From: a virus
Direction: 5' to 3' (one strand)
Length of the DNA stretch: 35,924 nucleotides
IMG/VR virus record: IMGVR_UViG_3300045988_097468
The position numbers and the translations under genes were made by a program. The number at the start of each line of letters is the position of its first letter. Positions within the stretch are counted from its first letter, which is position 1. Below, in pieces: positions 27,432 through 35,924 of the stretch. The notes beneath the pieces are model-generated. The model was not told the origin of the DNA. It was given only the letters and a program-made list of their open reading frames with translations, and ran no database searches.

Positions 27432-30277
27432 ACCGGCCGCCTTTCCAGTCTTCCGATCTCTCTGTTATTGAGGTTGATGGTGATGTTCATTCTTGCACAT
27501 GCCTTTGCTGTCGCCTCGCCGAGCAGATCATAGTCTATCTGACCTGTTCCGCCTGCTGCCTCGACAGCCTCCGCAACATATCCCTGCAGCACATCAATAG
27601 GTGCTATTGCCTCATATCCGGCCTCGCCGCCAACCATCGGTGTTCCCGATGGACTTGTGCCGAACTGTGTAGCTCTCTTCAGCACTGCACCGGCTCTATA
27701 CCATTCCACATCAACCGTCGGCTTTGTTCCCTTTCCGGCTATTCCCCATGGTGCCTCGCCGCCGCTTATTTTAAAGTGAGGGAGCTTAATATCTGGGAGT
27801 TTGATCTTCAGCTTTTCAAAGATTCCCTTTATCTTCTCAGCCAGATTAGATATGGTTTCTTTTGCCGTCTCAATCGGATGGGTGATTGCTTCCTTCACCT
27901 TACTGAATATATTCGACGCCGTTTCCTCTATCTTCGAGCCTATATTGGATATTGTCGAATGGATCTTGCTCATAAAATTATCTATGAATTCTCTGAACCC
28001 CGAGCAGTTATCATAAAGCAGCTTGAACGCTCCGGCAAATGGATTAACTAGCAGCAAGAGAAGTCCCTGCCAGTTGCCTTTAATCCAGTTAAGCATATTG
28101 ACAAAAAAGCCTTTAACCTTAGCAATTCCATTGCTTACTGATTCCTTCACCGATTCCCATGCAGCCGCCATCTTTTCTTTCAGTATTTGAGCCACTTCTA
28201 TGACCTTCTGCTTGATCTCGTCCCAGTGTTTAACACATAGAACTATGATCGCAATTACAGCCGCTATAGCTGCCGCTATCAATAGATATGGTGCGAGTGC
28301 TGCTGTCTGTGCCGCTACAAGTCCCCACAGTGTAGTGGTCTCTGCTGCCTCCATAGCCGCTTTGACTCCTGTCACTGCTGACTGGATTGCCATTGCTGTT
28401 GTTAATACTCCTATGACCACGGCTATCGCCGTGATGATTGGCTGCATCTCTTGGAGCTTTGCCACTATAAGCGGTACATTGTTCGATACATTTTCTATGA
28501 TTTCTGTCACCTTCGGTATCGCATCGGTAACTATTGGCTGTATGATATCCTGTTTGAGGGTTCTGCCAAGTCCTTCGAGTGAACTGCCCACATCGTCATA
28601 TCTTGTGTTAGCCACCTCGTCCATCTTGCCCTTGGTATCACTAAAACTGTCACCAACAGATGATATTGACTGAATGAACTGTGTTCCACCATCTTCTGCC
28701 ATTGTTCCAAATGCCAGTGCGGCCAAATTCATCTTCTCCTGTTCAGACTTAGCGTTCTGTATGTCTGCAACGATTGACGACACTACATCCTTCTGAGTTG
28801 CGCCGCCGTTTTGCCACTTGGCAAACAATTCCTCTGTTTTCTCGCTCCATACTCCTGTGCCGTCCTTGACTTCACCTGTCTTTTCATCAATCTGAGTCAT
28901 CGTGTCGGCTATGGTGCCGTCGCCGAGTCTAGTTGTCACCTCATTGATAGCATCATTTACCTTGTCAAGATTGTATGCGCCGCCCTCTGAACCATTTTTG
29001 AGTAATTGAAAATATTCATCCGCCGTATATCCAGCTTCCGCAAACTTTCCAGCATATTCCGATACATTGTCACCAAGCTCATCAGTATAATTAAGCCCCT
29101 GCTGTGCGCCACTTGCCATAAGGTCAAACGCCTCGTCAGCTGACAATCCGAAGTGACTCATGAGTGAGTTGACGCCTCTTAGGGTCTCGGTCATATCCAT
29201 GTTAAACGTATCTTCGAGGGTGATTGCATTCTCAGTCAGTTTTTTCAGCTGTGCAGGATCTACTTCCTTTGTTACCTCTTTGACTTTTGTCATCTTCTCA
29301 GCTATGTCTGTAAGACTCTCACCAAAGTTATCCTTGTATATTTCCTGCATTACTGCATTGTACTCATCCATGGAATCTGTAGCAGTTCCGGTAGCGGCAG
29401 CAAACCTTGCGCTTGCCGCATCAGAGTCTGTACCAAGCTCAGACAAGGCGGATCCGAGGCTCTTAACTCCATCGCTTACCAGATTCGCCATTGCTCCTTT
29501 TGCAACCGTATAACCATCGCCAGCTTTTTTCGCGCTCTCTCCCGCTTGTTCTAAATCCTGTGCATTCTCTTCAAGTGCATCACTCAAGCTCTTAGTCTCA
29601 GTCTCGAGTTTTACTGTATCAGTCTTTGCGCTTGTTAGTTGTGCAGCAAGCTTTCTTGTTTCATCACTGTTCTCGCCATAGGCTTTTTTAGTAAGATCAA
29701 GTTTTTGTGCAAGTAGTTCCTGCTTTCGCCTACTTACTTCTGTCTCCTGTTCAAGTAGCTTTTGCTTCTGGGTGAGATACTCTTCCTTGTCTCCTGTAGC
29801 CTTGTACTGTGCCTCTGCAAGTTTCATTTCAGCTGTAAGCTGTGACATAGTAGAGTCTGACTCTGCCAGGGTGCTATCAAGTTCAGTCATAGCCTGCTCG
29901 TTCTCATTCACTTCGGGTATAAGGTTCGCAATCTGTCCTTTGAGTCTCTCTGCCTGTGTCTGTGAGCTCAGTATTGCCCTCGCCCACTTGTCAACTTCAA
30001 CACTATTTTCGCCATATATAGCCTTTGCAGCCTCCATCTTTTTAGTAAGGGCTTCCTGCTCCTGCTGGTTAGCCTCAAGCTGTCTCTCAAGTATTGATTG
30101 TTTCTGGGTATAATACTCGCCCTCATCACCAGCATTCTTGAACTGCGCCTCGACAAGTTTGAGCTCGGCTTTCAGATTTTTCGTCGTGTTTCTCGCTGAA
30201 TCAAGGTTCTGTGTATATTCTTTTGTGTCTGCCGTGAACTTAACACTTGCTTCACTTTTCTTGGCCACGTCTCTCAC
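27428..30277 (-). CDS. Tape measure protein
   Basis: 949 aa. It has an N-terminal coiled coil with an internal duplication, a central hydrophobic/TM-like segment and Gly/Ala-rich stretches. It follows the G/GT chaperone and uses a GTG start. Confidence 0.9.
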   Translation of the reverse strand: MRDVAKKSEASVKFTADTKEYTQNLDSARNTTKNLKAELKLVEAQFKNAGDEGEYYTQKQSILERQLEANQQEQEALTKKMEAAKAIYGENSVEVDKWARAILSSQTQAERLKGQIANLIPEVNENEQAMTELDSTLAESDSTMSQLTAEMKLAEAQYKATGDKEEYLTQKQKLLEQETEVSRRKQELLAQKLDLTKKAYGENSDETRKLAAQLTSAKTDTVKLETETKSLSDALEENAQDLEQAGESAKKAGDGYTVAKGAMANLVSDGVKSLGSALSELGTDSDAASARFAAATGTATDSMDEYNAVMQEIYKDNFGESLTDIAEKMTKVKEVTKEVDPAQLKKLTENAITLEDTFNMDMTETLRGVNSLMSHFGLSADEAFDLMASGAQQGLNYTDELGDNVSEYAGKFAEAGYTADEYFQLLKNGSEGGAYNLDKVNDAINEVTTRLGDGTIADTMTQIDEKTGEVKDGTGVWSEKTEELFAKWQNGGATQKDVVSSIVADIQNAKSEQEKMNLAALAFGTMAEDGGTQFIQSISSVGDSFSDTKGKMDEVANTRYDDVGSSLEGLGRTLKQDIIQPIVTDAIPKVTEIIENVSNNVPLIVAKLQEMQPIITAIAVVIGVLTTAMAIQSAVTGVKAAMEAAETTTLWGLVAAQTAALAPYLLIAAAIAAVIAIIVLCVKHWDEIKQKVIEVAQILKEKMAAAWESVKESVSNGIAKVKGFFVNMLNWIKGNWQGLLLLLVNPFAGAFKLLYDNCSGFREFIDNFMSKIHSTISNIGSKIEETASNIFSKVKEAITHPIETAKETISNLAEKIKGIFEKLKIKLPDIKLPHFKISGGEAPWGIAGKGTKPTVDVEWYRAGAVLKRATQFGTSPSGTPMVGGEAGYEAIAPIDVLQGYVAEAVEAAGGTGQIDYDLLGEATAKACARMNITINLNNREIGRLERRPV

Positions 30278-30511
30278 CTGCCTTTTTTATAGCGTAATTC
30301 ATCCAGCCGTCATATGCCGCCTTATCTGCTGCCACGGTGGACAGAAAGTTTAAATCATTGTTGTAGAACGTATTTTCCGGAATTCCCAGAATTAACACAT
30401 AATATGTGTAATAATCTTCAAGATCCTCCAACTCAAATCTCGGAGGTCTTATCGACCATTCCTTCTTCTTTGTGGCGTCCCGAAATGCTTTGGCGAACCC
30501 TGTTTTTTTTT
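30252..30511 (-). CDS. The -1 frameshift extension of the tail chaperone (gpGT-like)
   Basis: From the A9 run (30503..30511) the -1 frame is open for 83 codons (TGFAKAFRDATKKKEW…AIKKAGERRGQEK) to TGA at 30252..30254. It overlaps the tape-measure start. Confidence 0.7.
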
Positions 30512-30814
30512 CCGAGTTCCAAATAACGCTTCAAACGTTGTGGCAAGTTCCTGCCTGTTATCTGTCACGTCTTTTAGGAACTCTTCAAACGGCGGAATCT
30601 CCTCGTCCAAATGAGCACACGCATAGCCAATGTAAATAAATGTTGCCATATCCAGCTCGTTGAAGTCTGCATCCTGTTTCTGCATTTCTTTGTATTTGGC
30701 AAAATACAGGTCAGCCAGCGACTTATTCTTCTTGTTGAGTTCAGCTATCGCTCCAAGGTTAAGTGTCACATTCTCGAATCTGCCATCTGCCATAAGTAAT
30801 TTGTGGTATACCAT
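30449..30814 (-). CDS. Tail assembly chaperone (gpG-like)
   Basis: 121 aa between the major tail protein and the tape measure. An A9 slippery run lies near its 3' end. AGGAGG RBS. Confidence 0.8.
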   Translation of the reverse strand: MVYHKLLMADGRFENVTLNLGAIAELNKKNKSLADLYFAKYKEMQKQDADFNELDMATFIYIGYACAHLDEEIPPFEEFLKDVTDNRQELATTFEALFGTRKKKQGSPKHFGTPQRRRNGR

Positions 30815-30861
30815 TTATTTCCTCCTACAAAAAAGAACACCCTTGCGGGTGCTCTTATCTC

Positions 30862-31422
30862 TTATACTGCCTTTACAAGTTCTAGTGAGAAGTTAGTAAG
30901 CCACTGCTGCTTGATTTCTTCGCTTTCAAGCTCACTCTCAAGCGCCTCGTACATGCATTCACCATTCTCATCCGGCATCAGATCAATAGTCATCTCCAAC
31001 TCGGCCACTTCTTCCGCTCCGTTTTCGATCTTCCTTGATGGTCCCGACGATAAAATACATCTAGGGTATGCCTTAAACTTTATGTTGCCGTCCTCATCTA
31101 ACACTTTCTGTGTCAGTGAGAACTCGGGATGCTTACTGTTCTCGCCATAGGCATATACACCTTTGGCGAGTTCCTTTCTCACCATGTTGTATATCTCGTT
31201 GTAAACGCTGCGTGGTACATGCAGCGACTGCTTTAATGTGCCGTCTCCTGTACCACGAGTTCTTTTCTTGGCTACTTTGCCTCTACACTTCTTCGTTATG
31301 GTTTTGACTCCAAGCTCTTCCTCGCTTGAGCCAACACAGTTCATATTTTCAAACGATTCATTTCCAGCTATCTTGATGTGCTGTTCAATTATTTCGAATT
31401 CCGAAAAAACATTGCTTGTCAT
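30862..31422 (-). CDS. Major tail protein
   Basis: Start MTSNVFSEF… (ATG 31422) has AAAGGAGAG upstream. 186 aa, positioned upstream of the chaperone. Confidence 0.75.
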   Translation of the reverse strand: MTSNVFSEFEIIEQHIKIAGNESFENMNCVGSSEEELGVKTITKKCRGKVAKKRTRGTGDGTLKQSLHVPRSVYNEIYNMVRKELAKGVYAYGENSKHPEFSLTQKVLDEDGNIKFKAYPRCILSSGPSRKIENGAEEVAELEMTIDLMPDENGECMYEALESELESEEIKQQWLTNFSLELVKAV

Positions 31423-31445
31423 TTTTCTCTCCTTTCTAGGATTTC

Positions 31446-31844
31446 CTAGTCGCCCAGGAGTTTCCCCAGGCATATTTCTATGATTCTGTCCTCTGAGTTT
31501 TCTGCGCCTCGCATCATGAATTGCTGATTTCCAGCATGTCGCTTTGTATTTCCTCCGTCATCCGGGAAATACAGGTAATGATAGTAGCCTTTTGACGCTA
31601 TCGTAACTGCTAGTAAGCTGTCTCTGTGTTCAAATGGCTTCGCAACACTTGCTGGTTTCTTCTTCTTGTTCCAGTTTCTTCCTGATACTGGCAGGATTTT
31701 CGCTATGTTCTTCTGAATGACGTCAGCGCCCTCATTATGAAGAACATAGTTGATGACCCTTATTCCGTCGTCCTTATATGAATCAATAAGATCATCAAAT
31801 ACAACGTCGCCATCCAGCTTGAACCATTCTGATCTAACACCCAT
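31446..31844 (-). CDS. Neck / tail-completion protein (HK97 gp10-like)
   Basis: 132 aa, the last gene before the major tail protein. Confidence 0.55.
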   Translation of the reverse strand: MGVRSEWFKLDGDVVFDDLIDSYKDDGIRVINYVLHNEGADVIQKNIAKILPVSGRNWNKKKKPASVAKPFEHRDSLLAVTIASKGYYHYLYFPDDGGNTKRHAGNQQFMMRGAENSEDRIIEICLGKLLGD

Positions 31845-32270
31845 TTACACCCTCTTTTCCGGATGCACAAACGTAATAGTTGCCAGCTCAACAACCACAT
31901 CTGTGTTGCCCTTCGTGATGTAATCATACAAGATGTCGTCTGATGTTGCCTTCATTTTTGCGCCGGCGCAACGTGTGCTCTGTGCCTCAACAGCTTCAAT
32001 AACAGTCTGCACGTACCCCTCAGGGATACAGTTCTCATGAATGATATGCACCTCATATCTGGTCTGCAGATCGCACCGGTTTGATGCCTTTGAAGTCTTT
32101 GTCCTGTTAAAGACAAAGTAATTCCATTCGTCCAAATGATCCGCTGTACAAGTGCCGTAATATGCTCCTGCCATCGGCACATCGCTTGATCTGGCAAGCT
32201 CTTCAAGAGTCTTTCTTGTCTCGTCAAGTATTGATTCTGCCTGTTCTCTTTCTTCAGGTATTAACCCCAT
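31845..32270 (-). CDS. Neck / head-tail joining protein
   Basis: 141 aa in the neck gene block, with overlapping starts and stops. Confidence 0.5.
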   Translation of the reverse strand: MGLIPEEREQAESILDETRKTLEELARSSDVPMAGAYYGTCTADHLDEWNYFVFNRTKTSKASNRCDLQTRYEVHIIHENCIPEGYVQTVIEAVEAQSTRCAGAKMKATSDDILYDYITKGNTDVVVELATITFVHPEKRV

Positions 32271-32616
32271 CGCTTAACTTCCTTTCCTCTTCCAGATATA
32301 TGTACATCTCCTGCTTTGCCCTGTCATGATCCAGCTTGATGATGCTGTAGAGCGTGTCGCCTGCTATAGCCTTGAGCGTTGGATCCACCTTGTATGATCT
32401 TGTCTTGATCTTTAAAGAGAGTGTCCTACCCTGGCTAGACGCAAACTCGACATCCTCGTCTCTCTTGCTCTTTTCCTCATATGCCAGTTTGACTACATCT
32501 TCAAGGTCATCCCGGCTGAGCGCATTCTTTGCGGCGTTGAAGTTCGTAGACTTTGGTTTCTTTCTGACGATGTATACAATTCCATCGTTGTAATTGCTAA
32601 ACCTGCTCTTTAGCAT
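32254..32616 (-). CDS. Head closure / head-tail adaptor protein
   Basis: 120 aa. A pattern of …DDLEDVVKLAYEEKSKRDEDVEFA…TLSLKIKTR… and its position after the connector fit Phage_H_T_join-type proteins. Confidence 0.6.
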   Translation of the reverse strand: MLKSRFSNYNDGIVYIVRKKPKSTNFNAAKNALSRDDLEDVVKLAYEEKSKRDEDVEFASSQGRTLSLKIKTRSYKVDPTLKAIAGDTLYSIIKLDHDRAKQEMYIYLEEERKLSDGVNT

Positions 32617-32914
32617 TTCTCGCCTCCTTCACTCTGCAGATATGCTGTAGTTTCAGGATGTCAGCTCTGTAGGCTCCTTCCCACTCATCAAGTGCCTTGT
32701 TGTATGCGTACAGCATATATGAGAGATAGAGCCTGTGAGCCAAGCCCGGAGCAGCGTAGTCAAGCTCTGCTCCGAACAAGTGATTTAGCTCTATCTCCCC
32801 ATCAAGCATCATGCTGATAAGGCTCTCGGTTGTATCCGGATCATTCCAGGTGATCTGCAGATGTCTTTTGACATCTGTTACAAACTCTTCTGGCATATTG
32901 TTCTTATCAAGCAT
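32597..32914 (-). CDS. Head-tail connector (gp6-like)
   Basis: 105 aa directly after the capsid gene. The N-terminus …VKRHLQITWNDPDTTESLISMMLDGE… is typical of gp6-like connectors. Confidence 0.6.
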   Translation of the reverse strand: MLDKNNMPEEFVTDVKRHLQITWNDPDTTESLISMMLDGEIELNHLFGAELDYAAPGLAHRLYLSYMLYAYNKALDEWEGAYRADILKLQHICRVKEARNAKEQV

Positions 32915-32927
32915 GTGTACTCACTCC

Positions 32928-34220
32928 TTATGATGATGCTGCCTGTGTTGTCACATTAACATCTGCTGCCTTGATCATGACATAAGCGGCTTCAAGCTCT
33001 GATATGTCAAGCAGGATAGCCACACTGTTATCGTATGCCTTGCCGTTGCCGTAGAGCTTAATTTTGAACACTCTCTGATCCTGTGTGAACTTGAACTCGT
33101 CTGAGAACTCAAGAATTCCCTCCTTGGATGATCCAAGTCCTGCAAAATACTCCTCAGGGAGTACGAGCAGAGCCTCACCTGTGGCCATCTCGGCTGAACG
33201 TACTACGTCAGTTGGGAATGGGAACAGATTTGTGGCGTATGTTCCGGCCGCTGTGATTACAGTAGTGGCCGGCATGATCTTCTCCAGATAATCTTTCTGG
33301 TTGCAGATAAGTGTAACCTGATCGAACACTCTTGTGCGTCCACCATGCTTTGTATATCCATCCTTGGCGCTACCGTCCTTGTTCGCCGCCGTAGTTGCTG
33401 CTGTAATCTCTCCACTTGTGTTATTGGTGTACCACACCTCTGTCTCTGCCAGTTTCGCAAGGATTTTGCCATAGTCCTTCGGCGTAAATGACTTTAACTT
33501 GACAGCAGTCTTTCTCGGATATCCTGTAGATGTGTTGACAGATACGCCCTGGTGAATGTCTCTATCCATTCCGATTGGCTGGTTGTGTCCTGTTCCCGAG
33601 ATGATAGCCTTCTCAAGAGCTGTAGCAAGGGCTTCCTGAAGGAATGTCCTAATGTATCTATCGAGGAACACAGGGCCAAGATCGAGCATATCCTTCTCGA
33701 TCACTGCAAAGGCTGACAGCTTGTTCTCTGCCATCTTGACAGTTCTGAACGCTGATGTGATCTGCTTTGTGATCTCATCATTTACCTCGCCCCATACGGC
33801 TGTGTTTACAGTGTGATCGTTCAGGATCCATGAAGTAAGATACTGAACTGATACGAAGTTGATCTTGTCTAAGAGCGGATGCTCCTCAATGAGATGCTTG
33901 TATACATCCTCAATGATAGTCTGAGGCATTACCTCAGGTGTGAGAAGTCCGTTCATGGTCTGAACAGTCTTTGCCTTGCCTGCCTCGATTACCTTCTCGT
34001 AGAACTTAGTCTCGCTTGCGGTGAGCACCCTGAAGCCTCTCTGTGCAAGTACGGCATTATCGCCATTTGCCGATTCGAACTCCTCTCTGACGGTATCAGC
34101 AACCGCCTGTCCGAACTGCTCAAACGCTGCCAGCGCAGCGTCGTTGTCTCCTGATGCCATTGCTGTATTCATGGCGTCAACTGCCTGCTTAATAGCAGGG
34201 TTAGAACCTGGTTTGTACAT
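32928..34220 (-). CDS. Major capsid protein (HK97 fold)
   Basis: 430 aa following the ClpP-like protease. AGGAGG RBS. Size and context are typical. Confidence 0.85.
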   Translation of the reverse strand: MYKPGSNPAIKQAVDAMNTAMASGDNDAALAAFEQFGQAVADTVREEFESANGDNAVLAQRGFRVLTASETKFYEKVIEAGKAKTVQTMNGLLTPEVMPQTIIEDVYKHLIEEHPLLDKINFVSVQYLTSWILNDHTVNTAVWGEVNDEITKQITSAFRTVKMAENKLSAFAVIEKDMLDLGPVFLDRYIRTFLQEALATALEKAIISGTGHNQPIGMDRDIHQGVSVNTSTGYPRKTAVKLKSFTPKDYGKILAKLAETEVWYTNNTSGEITAATTAANKDGSAKDGYTKHGGRTRVFDQVTLICNQKDYLEKIMPATTVITAAGTYATNLFPFPTDVVRSAEMATGEALLVLPEEYFAGLGSSKEGILEFSDEFKFTQDQRVFKIKLYGNGKAYDNSVAILLDISELEAAYVMIKAADVNVTTQAASS

Positions 34221-34235
34221 TCTTTCTTCCTCCTG

Positions 34236-35048
34236 TTATGATAAATTTTTAAAGAATTTCTGTAAGAAATTGTCAGTCTGTTCCTGACCGTCAAGATGTG
34301 ACGGATCACTCTCCTTACTCATCTGGTCTATAGTCTTCTGTATCTGGTCAAGCCTTAATGTCTGCTCTTCAAAGAACCTCTTCATGTCAGGCTTGTATCC
34401 AAGAATGGCGTCATGTATAGATGCCATGGCACTCTGCTGTGTCTCCTCATCCTCTTCATCGTCATCACCGGCTATCTCCGTTGCGAATCCATAGTCAAGA
34501 CACTCCTGCGCTGTGAGCCAGGTCTCAGCGTTCATCATCTGCTTAATCTCGTCCTCTGAGAGGTTGCTGACCATCTTGTATGCCTCGATGCTGGACTGGT
34601 TGATCTTGTCATTGTCCTCGGCTGCCTTGCGCATCTCCTCACTGTTTGCATAGCCAATGTATGACATACAATTGTGGATCATCATGAGAGCTATAGAGCC
34701 CATAGTCCTGACGTCTCCGGCACAGAATATGATCGTAGCAGCGGAACAGGCAAAGCCATCACAGTATGTGTGTACCTGTGCCTTATGTCTCTGAAGCGCT
34801 GAGTATATTGCAAGAGCCTCGGCTACCTCACCACCATAGCTGTTGATGTAGACATTGATCGTATCCACATCAAGTCCATCTATCTCACGCTTTATGTCTC
34901 TCGCCGATACGCTGCCATCGTCGCCTATCCAGCTTCTGATAATCTCGGCACTTCCTGTGATATCACCATATATGTTGATATCTGCTGTTCTCGTATCATC
35001 ATCCCTAGTTATCTGATAAAATACTTTTTTACTCACTCTTTCCTTCAC
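34236..35048 (-). CDS. Prohead maturation protease (ClpP/S14-like)
   Basis: INSYGGEVAEALAIYSAL…, GFACSAATIIF (Ser) and MIHN (His) are present, with a C-terminal acidic/scaffold-like tail. The likely start is GTG 35036, which has GGAGGTGA upstream. Confidence 0.85.
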   Translation of the reverse strand: MKERVSKKVFYQITRDDDTRTADINIYGDITGSAEIIRSWIGDDGSVSARDIKREIDGLDVDTINVYINSYGGEVAEALAIYSALQRHKAQVHTYCDGFACSAATIIFCAGDVRTMGSIALMMIHNCMSYIGYANSEEMRKAAEDNDKINQSSIEAYKMVSNLSEDEIKQMMNAETWLTAQECLDYGFATEIAGDDDEEDEETQQSAMASIHDAILGYKPDMKRFFEEQTLRLDQIQKTIDQMSKESDPSHLDGQEQTDNFLQKFFKNLS

Positions 35049-35924
35049 CTCCTTCCGCTACTCCTTTAAGGAATCTGTCTATTTCTTCAAAGTTCTTTGT
35101 TATAAAATGCTTTCTCGACCAATCGGTATTCAGTGGTTCTTTTCCAAGCTCCTCTCTGGTCTCATCTATGCAGTACACGCCTGATCCTATGAGTGTTGAT
35201 ACACTCGCCGCTACGTCAAATAAATCTCTGTGCTGTATACGGCTTGTATCTGCCACATAGTAATTGCCTTTTAAGTAGTTATCCACATCTCCTCGCTTAT
35301 TGAGCGTGGATGTTATGGCATCTGCGTAAGGATCCACTCCGAACGTAAGGAACGCCCCAACAATTTCTTTCATGCTTGTTATATTTCCGGACATCATTGA
35401 TTCCGGAATATGAAATGCTGACGCTACCATTTTGAACAGGTCTGCCCGAAGCTTCAGGTAATCATCTGATGTCTTAACATTTGTGCCTTTGTCCGGTTCG
35501 AGATCATATCCATCAAATTCTGGATATATCGCATTCTCTGATGATATATAGTCAGTTATCTGCTTTTTTACATACTCCTCAAAATCTTTCTGGAATTCTG
35601 CATCTCCAGCCCTCACGCCATCTATATGCAGCTTATACTTCTGTCCGTTAGAGTTCCTAAATGCTTTTGATGCTGCTGTCAGCATCTTGCTATAGTCCTC
35701 ATACAAGCCATCTATGAGCTGGTGCACATTGATGTCGTCCAGCGTGAATAGGTAATAGTCCTTGATCGTGAATACCTTGTTAAACGTAAAGGTTCCCACG
35801 GACACATTGGCATACACATCACCCTTGATGGGCTGGTCTCTCTGCTTTGTGTATCCATCCGCACAATACAGAGCACCTGCAGCATCTACCACAAGAGCCT
35901 CGCCCTTCCGGACCATGTTATTGA
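35029..35924 (-). CDS. Portal protein, C-terminal part (joins nt 384..1 through the circular junction; total about 386 aa)
   Basis: The frame is open to the window end and in phase with the 1..384 segment. It has an HK97-type portal context. Confidence 0.85.
   Translation of the reverse strand, partial: NNMVRKGEALVVDAAGALYCADGYTKQRDQPIKGDVYANVSVGTFTFNKVFTIKDYYLFTLDDINVHQLIDGLYEDYSKMLTAASKAFRNSNGQKYKLHIDGVRAGDAEFQKDFEEYVKKQITDYISSENAIYPEFDGYDLEPDKGTNVKTSDDYLKLRADLFKMVASAFHIPESMMSGNITSMKEIVGAFLTFGVDPYADAITSTLNKRGDVDNYLKGNYYVADTSRIQHRDLFDVAASVSTLIGSGVYCIDETREELGKEPLNTDWSRKHFITKNFEEIDRFLKGVAEGGEGKSE
35806..35924. repeat. 119-bp terminal direct repeat, copy 2
   Basis: Identical to nt 1..119. Confidence 0.95.

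Larger units (their letters stand above)
1..35924. mobile_element. Complete temperate siphovirus-like phage genome, captured as a circularly closed contig (35,805 bp unique)
   Basis: The full phage gene set is present in canonical order: integrase, repressor/Cro switch, early and replication genes, HNH-TerS-TerL, portal-protease-capsid, neck, tail, lysis, att region. The first 119 nt recur at the end, so the map closes. There is no sheath gene, which implies a non-contractile tail. Confidence 0.85.

Noticed and set aside
27425-28051. A 208-aa plus-strand ORF opposite the tape-measure gene. Similar long antisense ORFs occur at 10551..11078, 23003..23530, 28200..28673, 11591..12070 and 1035..1388.
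   Set aside because: They have no ribosome-binding sites and a Cys/Ser/Leu-rich nonsense composition. Each lies fully inside a well-supported minus-strand gene, so they are shadow ORFs.

Overview
The window is one complete, circularly closed genome of a temperate siphovirus-like phage. It has 35,805 bp of unique sequence, because nt 1-119 are repeated exactly at 35806-35924. Strong AGGAGG ribosome-binding sites and a GH25 endolysin with Cpl-7-type wall-binding repeats point to a Gram-positive, Clostridia-like host. All genes are on the minus strand except a seven-gene lysogeny block on the plus strand (16439-20620). That block holds an S24 repressor, a membrane-tethered HIRAN protein, hicAB, a tyrosine integrase and an RHH protein.

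Order on the minus strand, read from high to low coordinates:
- Cro-like switch at 16.3 kb.
- An early operon rich in small membrane proteins, including LemA.
- An internally deleted N6-methyltransferase followed by a small HTH protein.
- An HUH rolling-circle Rep with a candidate origin, then a degenerate RNase H.
- A PAPS-reductase-like protein translationally coupled to a C5 cytosine methyltransferase with multiple TRD-like modules.
- Small unknown genes, a MazG-like protein and a RinA/ArpU-like late regulator.
- The packaging genes HNH, TerS and TerL.
- Across the window junction: portal, ClpP-like protease, HK97-type capsid and neck proteins.
- Major tail protein, G/GT chaperone with an A9 slippery site, and a 949-aa tape measure.
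- Distal tail and fibre proteins, holins and the GH25 endolysin, ending at the att region (20621-20893).

Most interesting candidates:
1. The PAPS-reductase-like / C5-MTase pair as a possible DNA-modification or anti-restriction module.
2. The membrane-anchored HIRAN protein inserted next to the repressor, with a relic of a second repressor 3' end beside it.
3. The early LemA-centred membrane-protein cluster.
4. A catalytically gutted N6-MTase.
5. Rep-only replication with a phiX174/pC194-like nick motif in a hairpin loop.
6. TerL lacking any canonical start codon.
7. A nested ORF with a perfect SD inside an acidic protein gene.

All functional calls come from reading motifs by eye. No database search was possible.
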